Source: Vermamoeba vermiformis
Lineage: Eukaryota
Length of the DNA: 64,000 nt
Reading direction: 5' to 3'
NCBI GenBank assembly: GCA_045837725.1
Contig: JBEWZL010000213.1
Location: 1-64,000, forward strand
The translations under genes were made by a program, and so were the position numbers. Positions 36,782 to 48,429 of this stretch are shown here, piece by piece. Below the pieces are notes generated by a model. That model saw nothing but the letters and a program-made list of their open reading frames with translations. It made no database searches and was not told where the DNA came from. Each line of letters starts with the position of its first letter. The first letter of the stretch is position 1.

Positions 36782-39700
36782 TTACTGGTTGTGTTCAATC
36801 TTAGTGAAGGTCCAAGCACCGTGATCTTCCAACTTCAAGAAGTACTGATGGTACTTCATCAACTGCATGCGGTGCGAGACAGTGATGAGTGTGGTGCCGA
36901 GTTCTTGCGATCTGCGGTACAAATGTTCTTCAATGTCAGTCGACACGGCTGAAGTGCATTCGTCCAAAATAGCAAACTTGGGCCTAAAAACAGATTGCCA
37001 TCGTTAGTATTTCCAAATAAGGTAAATTTTAACTTCAAAAAATTTGCCGGATGCAGACGTACTTTTTGTAGTAGATTCTAGCCATGCTGAGACGTTGCTT
37101 CTCACCGCCAGACAAAATGTCGACCCATTCCTTGACAGCGTCCCAACCTTCTCTCGTGCACAAATAAGCCAAGTCAACTTCTTCCATAATCTTGAGCAGA
37201 TCCGCGTCCGTAACACCCTTGCTCTTCATGTCTTCAATAGTGTCAGGGTAGATAATTTGTTCGCGCAATGAACCAATAGGGAAGTAAGGTCGTTGAGGCA
37301 CAAACATAATGTCGCGAATGGAAGGCTTGGTAATAGTACCGGATCTCAAGGGCCACAAGCGATTCAACACGCGGAAGATAGAGCTCTTGCCAGAACCTTT
37401 ATAAATATTAATATATTGGTCTTCGTATATTTATTGATAGCACGTACCGTTAGGACCAGTAATCAACAAGTTCATGCCGGGTCGGATCTCAAAGCTGAGA
37501 TCTTTGACGAGCATTAACTCTTCGTCTGGGGACTCAATGTCGACGTGATCGAAGGAGATATAGTCCGCAGACTCGATGTAGTTGCCTGTATTCTTAACGA
37601 GCTGTTGTGTACGCGATGAAGTGTCGCCTCTAAATCCGAATCAGGTTAGATCCGTTACACGAACTTTGATAAATCTCCACAACCAAAACAATCGTGCCAA
37701 ATATTACTAAAGTAGATATATATGCGATATAGCACTTACTTAAAGTTCTTGGATAAGAAGCCGTCGTGATCCTTTTGCAAAGCCTTGAGCAGCTCGAGCA
37801 ATTCGGCAACACGAGTAGTGTACTATATAAATACAATATGGTTATTAAATATATATTAGTATATGCCTCCTATTGATGCTTACGCCTGCCAAAGCGGTAA
37901 TTCGTTTGTACAACAAGACGACTTGGCCGGTAGCTTGCGCCAAATTGACAAGAATTTGAGAGTTTCGGATGTAAATGCCTATGAACAGTACAATATGGTT
38001 AATATAGACTATTGCGACTATATTTTAAGCGTTATACGTACCGGTAATAGCAGCGGTCTCGTCGGATGTGTCTTCCTTGTTGCCGTCTTGGTTCGGATTG
38101 AATTTCGAGGAAAGAATGCCCATAGCCAGCACTGCGTAGCCAATCATAGTAGCGCCGTACTTGACGAGCCATGAATCGAATACTAATCAATAGAGTTAGC
38201 GACGAAAAAATAAAAGTTTCAGGACTGAAGAATTGAAGCGTCGTAGTAATCTTGTAGCAAATAAGAGTAAATAAATGAAATGCTACGAGCGCTGTTACAA
38301 ATTATTTTGGGCCAAATTTCTTCGGAAAATGTTTCGCTGAATTTTTTGTATGCGGTAAAGTACTTACTGCCTACGATGGCTTGCTTGAAGAACAAGCTGT
38401 TGCAGTGCTTATATAACGCATCGAAGCTCTTGTTGACCTAATGAAACAATTAGTACGAAGAACAGATCCGAAATTGAATTCTTGAGATCTTACCAAGTTC
38501 TTTTCAATTCCCCAGCCTCTATAAAAGGCGATTTCTTCAGCGTGCATTAACAAACGGCTATGATTGAAGCGGAAATCTCCTTCGAGCTTTTGTTGCTTAG
38601 CAGTCATCTTGGCGAAGTTTGGCAACAATTTACGCATGATGAATCCGGAAAGTACGTAATAGAAGTACATCAATATAGGACCGCCATAGCCAATAGACTT
38701 GACTAAACGACGAGTAAACAAGACAATATCGACAATAGGCTTGAAAGTTGATGAATACAACTCGCTCGTGGCTGTACTGAACTTTTCTACGTCTTGTGTA
38801 ATACGCTGATCACTAATAATATTATAATATTAATATATATACATAATAATAAATCTAGAGTATTATTTTGGGTCATACTCAAAAAAAATTATAAAATTAA
38901 GTTTTGTGCGCGATCTCGATTTTGGATCTAAAAATCTTGGTACGTACATGTTATCAATAGCATCGGAGCTCATGCTCTTATAGAAGGTCAGTGCGTCCAT
39001 ATAGCGCGTGTGCAATTGATAGCTCAATCTCTTTCTGAAGCGAATGGCCAAGGTCGAAGTGAAGTACTTCAACAAGCTGTTCACGACTGAGGCGGGAATG
39101 GCCACGAGACCTAACTTGATCACACCCTGTATATAATGATATAAATACACGTGGTCAATAGTTAATCGTTGTAAGGTCGTGTTTTGTAACGAGATCCGGA
39201 ATGACATGCGGTGACATTTAGAACTCTGTAAGCTCTTAAAGTACTTACGCGAATGAACTTTTGGAAATTCTGTTGGACTAAACCTGAAGCAGTTCCACCT
39301 ATAATATTATAGCACTTAGTATTTGCAAATCACAAGCTGAAAAATCATCGAGCCAAATCCGGATCTGGATCAGCTTTACAATACTCGATTGAAATCGCTC
39401 AAATTTTATATATTAAATAGGAAATAATGAATATTGTTGGAATTTATCCTTAGTCTTATAAATTGAGACTTACCAATGACTTCAGCGACCTTGATCGACA
39501 AGATTGTTCTTAACAACAAGCAGGCAGTCAAGAAACATAGCTGCATGAACTCAATGGACTTGATTGAGGGCATTACTATTCTCAATAAGGACCATAATCG
39601 TGCTGCAAACTTTTTGTCCACGGATACTCTTGGTCGCTAGATGTCGAGTCAATAAGGAATCAAAAAATATTACGAGCATTGGGACGTAATTATTGTAATA

Positions 39701-40134
39701 TATATTATATAAGCTATACAGACATTGATTTAATTGTGAAATATGGATTATCAAAGTGGATTTGCAAAGCAAGAAATTTGACGGAGGTTTACTGTGCCTG
39801 GTGCAAAATGCAATACCAATATTATTATAATTACCTTTTGTTCTAGTATGCCCTGGCTAGCTCTATTTCGTGCTTCAGCGCGTCTGTAATTTAATAAATT
39901 AATTTTTTTAGATCCAATATTTAATTACAAATACAGTGTCAAATAATACGCTACTTACTGCTTAGACTTGTTATATGCACGTATTCCGCCTAATATTGAT
40001 GATCCAACTAATATTATAGCGACGCGTCCTCTTTTCGTGGCCCACGCAGCACGAAACGACTGGCCGTGCTTTGCCCACAGTTCTTTGGACTTGGCTCCAA
40101 ACTTACTGCCAAGATCGTACAATAAGTATTCCAT
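36782..40134 (-). CDS. Peroxisomal ABC transporter, subfamily D (PMP70/ALDP-like half transporter)
   Basis: DQRITQDVEKF, KPIVD, EGDFRFNHSRL..HAEEIAFYRG (EAA motif), LAGYTTRV, Walker A GPNGSGKSS, PQRPY, LSGGEKQR, ILDECTSAVS. Confidence 0.96.
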
Positions 40135-40210
40135 TATGGTATTCTATTTACAAAAATAAAAAGCTGAGCGGCCAGATTCGCACCCGAAATTTTTAGGTCA
40201 AGATTATCTC

Positions 40211-40457
40211 GCAAAAAAAAACATTTGAACAACGTCTTCAAGATAAACGCAATAACACTTCATTGCAGAATCGTTATTATGACCTATCGAGGCATCAGTA
40301 CGGGTCTGGAGAGCGGATCGTAAAAAGTAACGAATTTTCATTCAGAACTACTTCAATAGTGTGCACCATTTGCTGTGATGTCTGTTGCTGGCTATTTATC
40401 AAACTTTAATCGATAGATTGCAATCGAGTACGATGAGGTGGGTACCAAAGATTAATA
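40211..40457. repeat. ~245-bp direct repeat, copy 1 (upstream of ABCD)
   Basis: Aligns at roughly 90% identity by eye with 43178-43426 (e.g. atcgaggcatcagtacgggtctggagagcggatcgtaaaaagta). Confidence 0.92.
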
Positions 40458-41026
40458 AAGTCGGTCTGGAGGATGCAATAAAAGAACCCAAGTATCTTTT
40501 CGAAATTTTATTTATCACGAGCACATAGCATGTAATGTATTTTTGATACGTTTATATTTGAATTTTAATTTTTGGTCAGCAGATTCAAAATGCATCCGAG
40601 ATCAGATAAAAATTGGGCATCCTCGCACTTGGTGTTGATCATTGCTCGTGCCTTTCGTTGGTCGCGCTTCATGGTAAGTAAATTCACTGCCTGTGAATAC
40701 CAGTAAGCCTCTGATCGTTTTTTTTCAACAGGATTTGTTCTGAACGTTGCTCGATCTTCCCTGGTGACTCGTCAGAGGCCTTCTTAGACGGCGTGCGCGT
40801 TGATTTTTTAGTTGTTTTCTTCACTTCCCTTCTCTTTGGAACCGTATCGCTAATTGTTTGGTGCTTTTTTGCAAAGTGGCTCGATCAACTCTGCGTCAAC
40901 TCTTTGCCTAACTTCTTCTGCATATTTATTGCAAGTCCTTATACTACTATGGCCTTCTGCACTTCCCGTTTTTTCTTCGACTGTATCGCTAGGTGTAAGC
41001 CATTCTAATTTATTTTGGATCCTCAT

Positions 41027-43053
41027 TTACAGTATTGTTTCGGTCAACGACTTTAAAGGGTCTTCAGCAAGCCAAGGGATCACAGTTAAAGCTCCATGGC
41101 AAACTTTTCGCACACGTTCAAGTTGCTTGACTTCGCTTTCCATTCGTTTAGCCAAAACAGGGTCAGTGGTGTTTGTCAGTAACAAAGACTTGTTTACAAT
41201 CCAGCCATATGGAGATATACCAGCTCTTTTCAGATCTTCTTGCAGTGTTTCTGCTTCAGTAACTGGTGTATTTTCAGGGTGTGTGACGATAAGAATTTTT
41301 GTGTATTGTGAATCTTGCAGTCGTAACAGAGGTGTTGTTATTCGGCCATGAAATTCGGTGTTGCCTGCAAATGATCTTAAAACATCTCGGTGATAAGAAC
41401 CTGTGGCATCCAATAATAATAATGTGTGTCCAGTCGGTGCAGTGTCCATGACCACAAAGCTGTTCTTCGCTTCTGAGACAACACGCGAAAATGCATGAAA
41501 CACAGCAACTTCTTCAGTGCAAGGAGACTGTAAATCTTCTTTTAGAAACAATTTTCCTTCTTCATCAAGCTTGTCACCTTTCGAAGCAATAACTTTGTCT
41601 GTATAATTTTGCGTCTCCTGCTTGGGATCGATTCGGCTGACTGTTAAATTAATTGGCAAGTCTTTTTGCTGTTGCAATGCAATGTTCAAGTGTGCGGCAG
41701 GATCTGTTGTGGTTAAGTGAACTCTACTTTGACTTGATTGTGCTAATTTGATCGCAATGGCTGCTGCAATTATAGTCTTTCCAACACCTCCTTTGCCCAT
41801 GATCATAATCAAGCCACTCTTTTGATTTGAAGATAACAGTGCTGATATCAAATTGTCAAATGATAAGTCTTGGCTGACCAGAGCATTGTTTCGAATTTCT
41901 TCAACATTGATGTTGTTCTTTAATTGAGGGCCAGGAACAGCAAGCAATTCTTTAAGTGCATCAATACCAACAAAATTAATTGGCTTCAATGGAATTCTTA
42001 GCTGAGGTAAGCTTGCCAAAGACTGTGGAATTGCATCCAATGATTTTTTGGCTGACTCTTCAATTGCCACTGCAACTTTATCCGATGGATCTGCTGCTTT
42101 AAATACTCCATTAATGACTAATTGTTGGTTTTGTAATGAAAGCTCATTCAATTCTTGCTGTGTTCGTTCTGCTTCTTTCAGTGCACTAAATTCTGGTCTG
42201 CTAACAATCACAATTGTGCATTGTTTGCTGTCGGTAAGAGCGTCAAGTGCTTTATGGAACTTGTTTCGATGCATTGTCAAGCCAGAGTGTGGGCCTATAC
42301 AAGAAGCACCTCTTTGATTAGTATCCAAAAAACTACTCCAGGCCATGGGTAGTTTCAAAAGTCGTAGAGTGTGACCAGTTGGAGCAGTGTCAAAGATAAT
42401 ATGATCGTAACTGGATTTGATTTGTTCGTTGGCCAAGAGCTCTGCAAATTCATCAAATGTTGCTACCTCAGTTGTGCAAGCTCCTGATAACTGTTCTCGA
42501 ATTTGAGGCACTAGTTCACTTTTTGCTTGTTCATACGGTTCTAGCACTCTACGGCGATATGATTCTGCAGCACTGGTCGGATCCAAATTAACGGCGTATA
42601 AGTTTGATATTTGGGTGATAGTTGAGGGCTTGAAAATAGTCTTTGAGAGCGGGACCGAGAATATTTCGTCCAAATTACTCGCTGGATCCTATTATCGAAG
42701 CGAAATTAATAATAAAATTATTGTTTTTTTTTGTTTTCTTGACACTTACCGTACTAATTAGAAGTACTTTCTTTTTAAGAGTAGATGCGAGCACGAGCGA
42801 GGTTGAACAAGAAATAGACGTCTTTCCCACGCCACCTTTTCCGGTGAAGAAGATAAATTTTGTAATTGGCTGCGTGATATCAAAATTCGAAGCTCCTGGA
42901 AGCCCTAAAAGCTCTAACGATGATATAAAAATTAGGAAAAATACTAATAAAATATTTGGCGTTACCTCCAGAAGCAGAGGATAGTCGCCTATGTGGCACG
43001 GGCAAGCCAAAAACCCGCGCTCTTTTAGCAATCGAAATTATTCCTTTGAGCAT
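41027..43053 (-). CDS. arsA: Bacterial-type arsenite-activated ATPase with duplicated nucleotide-binding domains, a probable mitochondrial presequence and two introns (42914-42965, 42689-42749)
   Basis: Two GKGGVGKT P-loops, STDPA/TTDPA and two DTAPTGHT motifs. Metalloid Cys motifs SGACTTE, ASCIGP and SPCTEE are present. Exon 1 is MLKGIISIAKRARVFGLPVPHRRLSSASG. Confidence 0.93.
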
Positions 43054-43177
43054 GCCGTTGGTTGCAATATGTATCGCCGCTTTGCGTAGTTCAATTCAAA
43101 ATTATTTCGACCAAATAAAATCTGTGACAGGACTTCAGTTTTTTCATGAAAAGTTTCGTTGTGTTGGCGTGATCCGA

Positions 43178-43426
43178 GCAAAAAAACATTTGACCAACGT
43201 CTTCAACATCAACGCAATAACGCTTCATTGTAGAATCGTTATTATGACCCATCGAGGCATCAGTACGGGTCTGGAGAGCGGATCGTAAAAAGTATCGAAT
43301 TTTCATTCAGAACTACATCAATAATGTCGCGCCATTTGCTGTGATGTCTGTTGCTGACTATTTATCAAATTTTAATCGATAGAGTGCAATAGAGTATGAT
43401 GGGGTGGGTACCCAAACATGAATAAT
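43178..43426. repeat. ~245-bp direct repeat, copy 2 (upstream of arsA)
   Basis: Near-identical to 40211-40457. Confidence 0.92.
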
Positions 43427-43535
43427 AGAATATTTACAAATGCCTAGCATTTACGTTTAATGCTTATAACAATTAAATATAGTATTAAAAATCATAATAT
43501 ATTAATATATTAGTTCGAAAAGTATTTCTACCGCG

Positions 43536-44601
43536 ATGGGCCTGTTTAAGGGCATTGTCGCGCCCGTATCCAAGTTCCTTGGCATTTACGTGCTGGACCG
43601 TAAGTAAAAAATATATGCATCGCATAATTTTAGTAGAAAAATATTGTATATTAATCTGAGGGTTTGTGCAAAATCCCGATCGAAAAGTTTCTTGGATCCT
43701 AACAATTCCATAATTAGCAATCGTTTTGACGGCCATTGAGTACCCGAACGGCAGTGCGGCGACATTAAAACTAAAGTTAGAATCGAAGAAACACTTGAAA
43801 AAAGCAGTACGTAATTAAAAATTAAGCATCGTTGCTACATCCGAAATTGAATTCATTTTGTAACGATTCGATCTTGTAGATTGTAGGAGCATATAATAAG
43901 ACATATGGTACTGATTTTAATGAAGACGAAGTTCGATATTTATCGCGCTATGTAGAGAAGCAATATGCGATTCCTATCAGACAGACGGATGTAGGTTCAA
44001 CTATTGACCATTTTAACGCCGTTAAAATATAGAATTGTCCTATAGTATTTAAATACGAAGGTATAAGCTTATTGAATAATATTTTAGGACCTTACATTCG
44101 TCAAAACGGAGGATCTGATCTTGTGGTCTCGGTAAGAATGATAAATATTAAAAGAATTAAATACTAACGCGCATTTATGATTAGAAATGCACCTATTCCT
44201 TACAAAGGCATCGACCTATCTCCTGAAGGAGAGTTGGATCTTGCTAAAGGTACTTCAGAAATTCCGTTCATTGTCTTAGTATATTCGCTCGTCTTAAAAT
44301 TTTGATAATTTTATATTATAGAAGTAGCGGAGGCTATCAATTACATTTCTTCGCTGGCTCAGAAGCGGTCGAAAGCGGATGCAGAAGAGAACGAAGAATT
44401 AATGATTAGATTGTTAGCGGAGCATAGAGACACCTCTTTATTAACAGTAAGCACCACATTATACTATACTACGTAATTAAGTCTATTATACAGTATTATC
44501 ACAGCTTTAAATCAGATCCAGAACGGTTCCAACAGTACGCGAGAAAATATATCAGCACGAATTATCGAAAGGCCAAAAAAGACGATAAAGACGATGACTA
44601 A
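43536..44601 (+). CDS. Small multi-exon hypothetical protein (possible ubiquitin-like domain)
   Basis: GT-AG exons splice in frame: MGLFKGIVAP../AIVLTAIEYPNG../IVGAYNKTYG../YLNTK/DLTFVK../NAPIPY../EVAEAI../YYHSFK..DDKDDD*. Confidence 0.6.
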
Positions 44602-44656
44602 TATGTGCATAGAATATCAAACAAATTGTATATAATTATAAAAGTTATTTACATTA

Positions 44657-45720
44657 TTATAAGAACGAGACGTGATCTCCGCTCAAGTATTTTTCTTCTT
44701 CAGGCGTGTTTGGCCTATTTAATAATTTGTTTCGATAAGGAAATCGTCCAAATCGTTTGATCATGTCGCGGTGCTGCTCTGAATATTTCTAGAAAAAAAA
44801 AATAAGAAAGTTGAAAACCGATGCCGTTTCAAGAACTGCAATATCGTTTTTCATGCTAATAATAGGATACATATACTTACAATAGATGCTGATACATATT
44901 CGCGCAAGGTTTTAGAATGTTGATCGTCAAGATTCTCAAGATCCGCTAAAATTTGGCGCCATAACTTAACGCCTTCTTCTTGTGCTTGTAACGACTCGCT
45001 AAATCGTTCATTAGACTCATATACTACCATAAAGTATAATTCATATTACGTACGCATGCATAAAGGGCATATACAAGAAGGTTCGGCAACAGTTTGAAAT
45101 GTGGGGCGGTCGATCTACACCACGAGCAATAGCTTCACGTGCAAGCTCGAGCGCTTTCTCATCTTGTGCAAAGGCGCGGCCGGTACCTCGATAAATTACG
45201 CGGGAGAATTGGTCGAGTATAATCACCTAGCTCGTTAATTAGGACGTGTCAAGATCTAGGTATTAAAAAATAAAATAATTACCTTCGCTAAATGTCCTCG
45301 CGGCGTTTTCCATATCTCCGTGTCTAATTTACCAGAAATGGCATCTTCTAAATCTGTTTTGAATTTATCTGTAATTTCTCTGTAGTAAAAAATTTTTAGA
45401 TCTAACGGAGAAACTTTGCGAGGAAGGAGTCCGTCAATTAATTACAATATTTAATTATTTAAAAAAATAATAACGTACTTATCGACTACTGGCTGGTTCT
45501 CCTTGCTCGGGAACCAGATTTGCCATTGTATTGACTTTTCCTCGTTTCCGAACCAATATTTAATGACTTTGTCGATTTTTGCTGTCGAATTTTTGTTGTC
45601 ATCAACCATTGTTGTATATTTATTATTGATACTAAATAATTTTTTGGCAAGATTTTTTGTTGTGCCATTACAAGATCTAGCTCGGTTTAGGCCGCCAATG
45701 AGAGAAATTCGTAGCAGCAT
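44657..45720 (-). CDS. DUF924 family protein, possibly mitochondrially targeted
   Basis: VIKYWF..WF..VDKEITDKF, IILDQFSRVIYRGT.RAFAQD..AL, FLYMPFMHAESL..Q, H..IKRFGRFPYRN..L.RPNTPEE..YL. The N-terminus is Arg/Ser/Leu-rich. Confidence 0.88.
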
Positions 45721-45831
45721 ATGATATATTATTAAATTAAATAATGTTCTATTGAGTTCTTGATTGAGGAACGAATTGGATCTAAAAAAGTTTTTTGGTT
45801 TTATTTTCAAACTCGCGATGATATTAACACA

Positions 45832-48366
45832 ATGAGACCGGTAATTAAATTTAACAAGAAAACGCCAACTATAGACGACTCCTTCTTAAAGCAATTTGAG
45901 AAGAGTCCGATTATAATTTCCGTAGTTGGTGGGCTTGGATCCGGCAAAAGTAATTTTATTAAATCAATTTTTGGGTTGGAAATACCCCACGGGCCTAGAA
46001 GACATCAACACGATGTTTTTGGGGCCAAGAGAACGGGATTGGACCCAGATCTTGTCTGTTTAGAGTGGCAACTCGAGCTGCATCCGCAGATATTAAAAGA
46101 GGTAAGTTAAATTCAAATTTTTTTATTAAAATCACGTTATAATTATAATTATTTATATATTTTTGATTGTAGTTTGATTTATTAAGAACAGAATTATAAA
46201 TTCTTTTCTTTCGAACTGACATTTGTTTCATTAGGACGCTCGTGTGTTGCGAACTGCAACACAAATGAGCGATATACTAATTATTATGCCGTATGTGCGG
46301 AATAATCCAATTGATTACTCGGAGTAAGTTAAATTTAATCAAAAAATTTTCTGACCCAGATTCAGCTTTATGTGCCGGTTTCTTGAATCGACTGAAGCCC
46401 TCTTTGTATTCTCTCCCTGCTCTGACATAGAGGGTAAGTTCGATTGTACGTGACATATCTTTATAACGATGATTCTAGCTATAAACGAGCGTGCCAAAGT
46501 TGCTCTGTCGAAACGCAGAGTTTACGCGTTACCGCACGTAAATAGCCCAGACTTTGAAAAAAATGTTGCAATTATTAAAGAGGCAGTCTACAACGAGATA
46601 ACTCAGTTTCAATCGCGGCCACTAAACGGTAAGAACAAAACATTTTTAGGCGAGAGTCAGATCTGACACGTGTCATTCTCCAGAATACCATACTATGCTC
46701 CATAATCTATCGATACATGTAGACGAATACGACCACTCATATGAGATCGATGCATTCCGTAAGTCAAATTTAAATTCAATCCCGCTTTGTAATCGGTTTT
46801 TAATTCTTTTTAAACAGTCGAACAGGAATGCTTCAAGACCTTAAAACAAGTCGCTAGAACAGCGTTCTTGGCGAATCTTAAACCTAATCTGCCAATAGAA
46901 GAGGCCGAATTGGCTATTGAAGTCGAGAAATGTCTTGAAGGCCTCATCGCTTGCGGTAAAAAGATCGTTCTTCGTCCAACGACGACATTCTCTGCCGACG
47001 TTAAAGTAAGCTATCAATTCTATCAATTATCGCTTTGCTAATGTATTGGAGCAGAGCGAGCTCGAATCAATCTTCAACGAGTGGAAGAAAGAGAATTACG
47101 GCTTGAGCTCCGAAGCGTGCGAGAAAGCGTACCTTGAATTCAAAAAACAACGGGCGCTTGACCCGACGGTCACTTCTAATGCTGTTAAACTGATTGGCCC
47201 TGCAAAGCGAGAGTTTATCGCCAGGCTAGCGGAACTTGATAGTAAGCCATAACGCTTCAGGGTGTCAAAATGTCACGTGTCAAAGTGTCATACTAATCGT
47301 TGTTACAGCGATACCGGTTGTGACCAGAAAACGAAAATTAGATGCGTCTCAAGATGGAAGCGCAAAGAGACAGAGAACAGTCGCTGAACAGCCACTAAAG
47401 AAATCACTTTGCTTCAACACTGCTAGTCTAGATCCGAAAAGCCCGCCAGAAGTGCAAAAAATGAACCGAGATCTGACACCGTTGAAATTATTCCGCAATA
47501 TCTTCTTCAGAAACGCGCTTGGCGAGACTCCGTTTTATCGCTTGACCAACGAAAAACAAAAAATAATCGTTTACATGCCTCAGAACAAGTCGTTTGTGGA
47601 GTACGTCGATGCGTATCGTATCGACCCTGACAGCGGCGAAAAAATTCAATTTGACCAGGCAACGCGGAAAAAAATTGACGCGGCACTTCTTTCAGCCAAA
47701 CAACGAGGTCTTATGCCGCCTTCAGCCTTGCAAGAAGTCGTCAAGTCTGCATTTGGATTCAAAGCCTCTTCAACGAATGGAAATTGGATAATGAGTGCTA
47801 TGGGCATCGAAGAAGACATTACTTTCCACTTTAAGTTAATGGAAGTCTTGGTCAATAATGAGCCACGCAAATTCAACAAATTCACCGTCAAAGGAAAGAC
47901 AAGAATGAGCATTATCAAGCACATCGTTGCTTATTTCAAAGGTTAGTAGTAATTTTCTTACCTTGCTTTCGTTAGTCTTATCGTTTTTTTGTAAGTTATG
48001 ACGATGGCAGAAAAAGAGAAACAACAAGAAATTTTTGACGCTTTTCGCGAAAGTTGCAACTTTGGCAATGCAGACATGAAGAACGAACATTTTGAACTGT
48101 TCTTCGATGCGACGGACCACACGACTATTGACGTGCCTGATGACCCAACAGACGAAGAGCCCTCGCTGCACCTTTCGCACGAACAACAGCCAATGGAAGT
48201 TAGTGAAGACAAAGCGAAGGTCAATCTGCCAATAGATATGATGGGCGAAGACGAATCGTTGTTCACGACCGGAGTGTCTGGCGAAGAAGAGGACCTGCCA
48301 GTGCCATCATCGTCACAATACTCATTAGGAAACAATATCATTTTCCTTTCGGACGATGAAGAGTAG
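45832..48366 (+). CDS. GBP/atlastin-like P-loop GTPase with a helical region and an unrelated C-terminal domain
   Basis: IIISVVGGLGSGKSNFIKSIF (GBP-like G1 context), then helical exons, an NLS-like RKRK..AKRQR and an acidic tail ending at 48366. Confidence 0.5.
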
Positions 48367-48429
48367 AAGTAATGCTGTCTTGACTTTATTTGAACGGTCA
48401 TTGACACGTGTCAAAAAAGTCAACCAAGT

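Noticed and set aside
40725-41010. ~90-codon open frame on the minus strand just downstream of arsA
   Set aside because: No start codon or recognisable domain. It may be an orphan exon remnant but cannot be supported.
41027-43053. arsA as bacterial contamination or as ordinary Get3/ASNA1
   Set aside because: It has in-frame GT-AG introns and shares a repeat with the ABCD upstream region. The duplicated domains and metalloid Cys motifs are not Get3 features.
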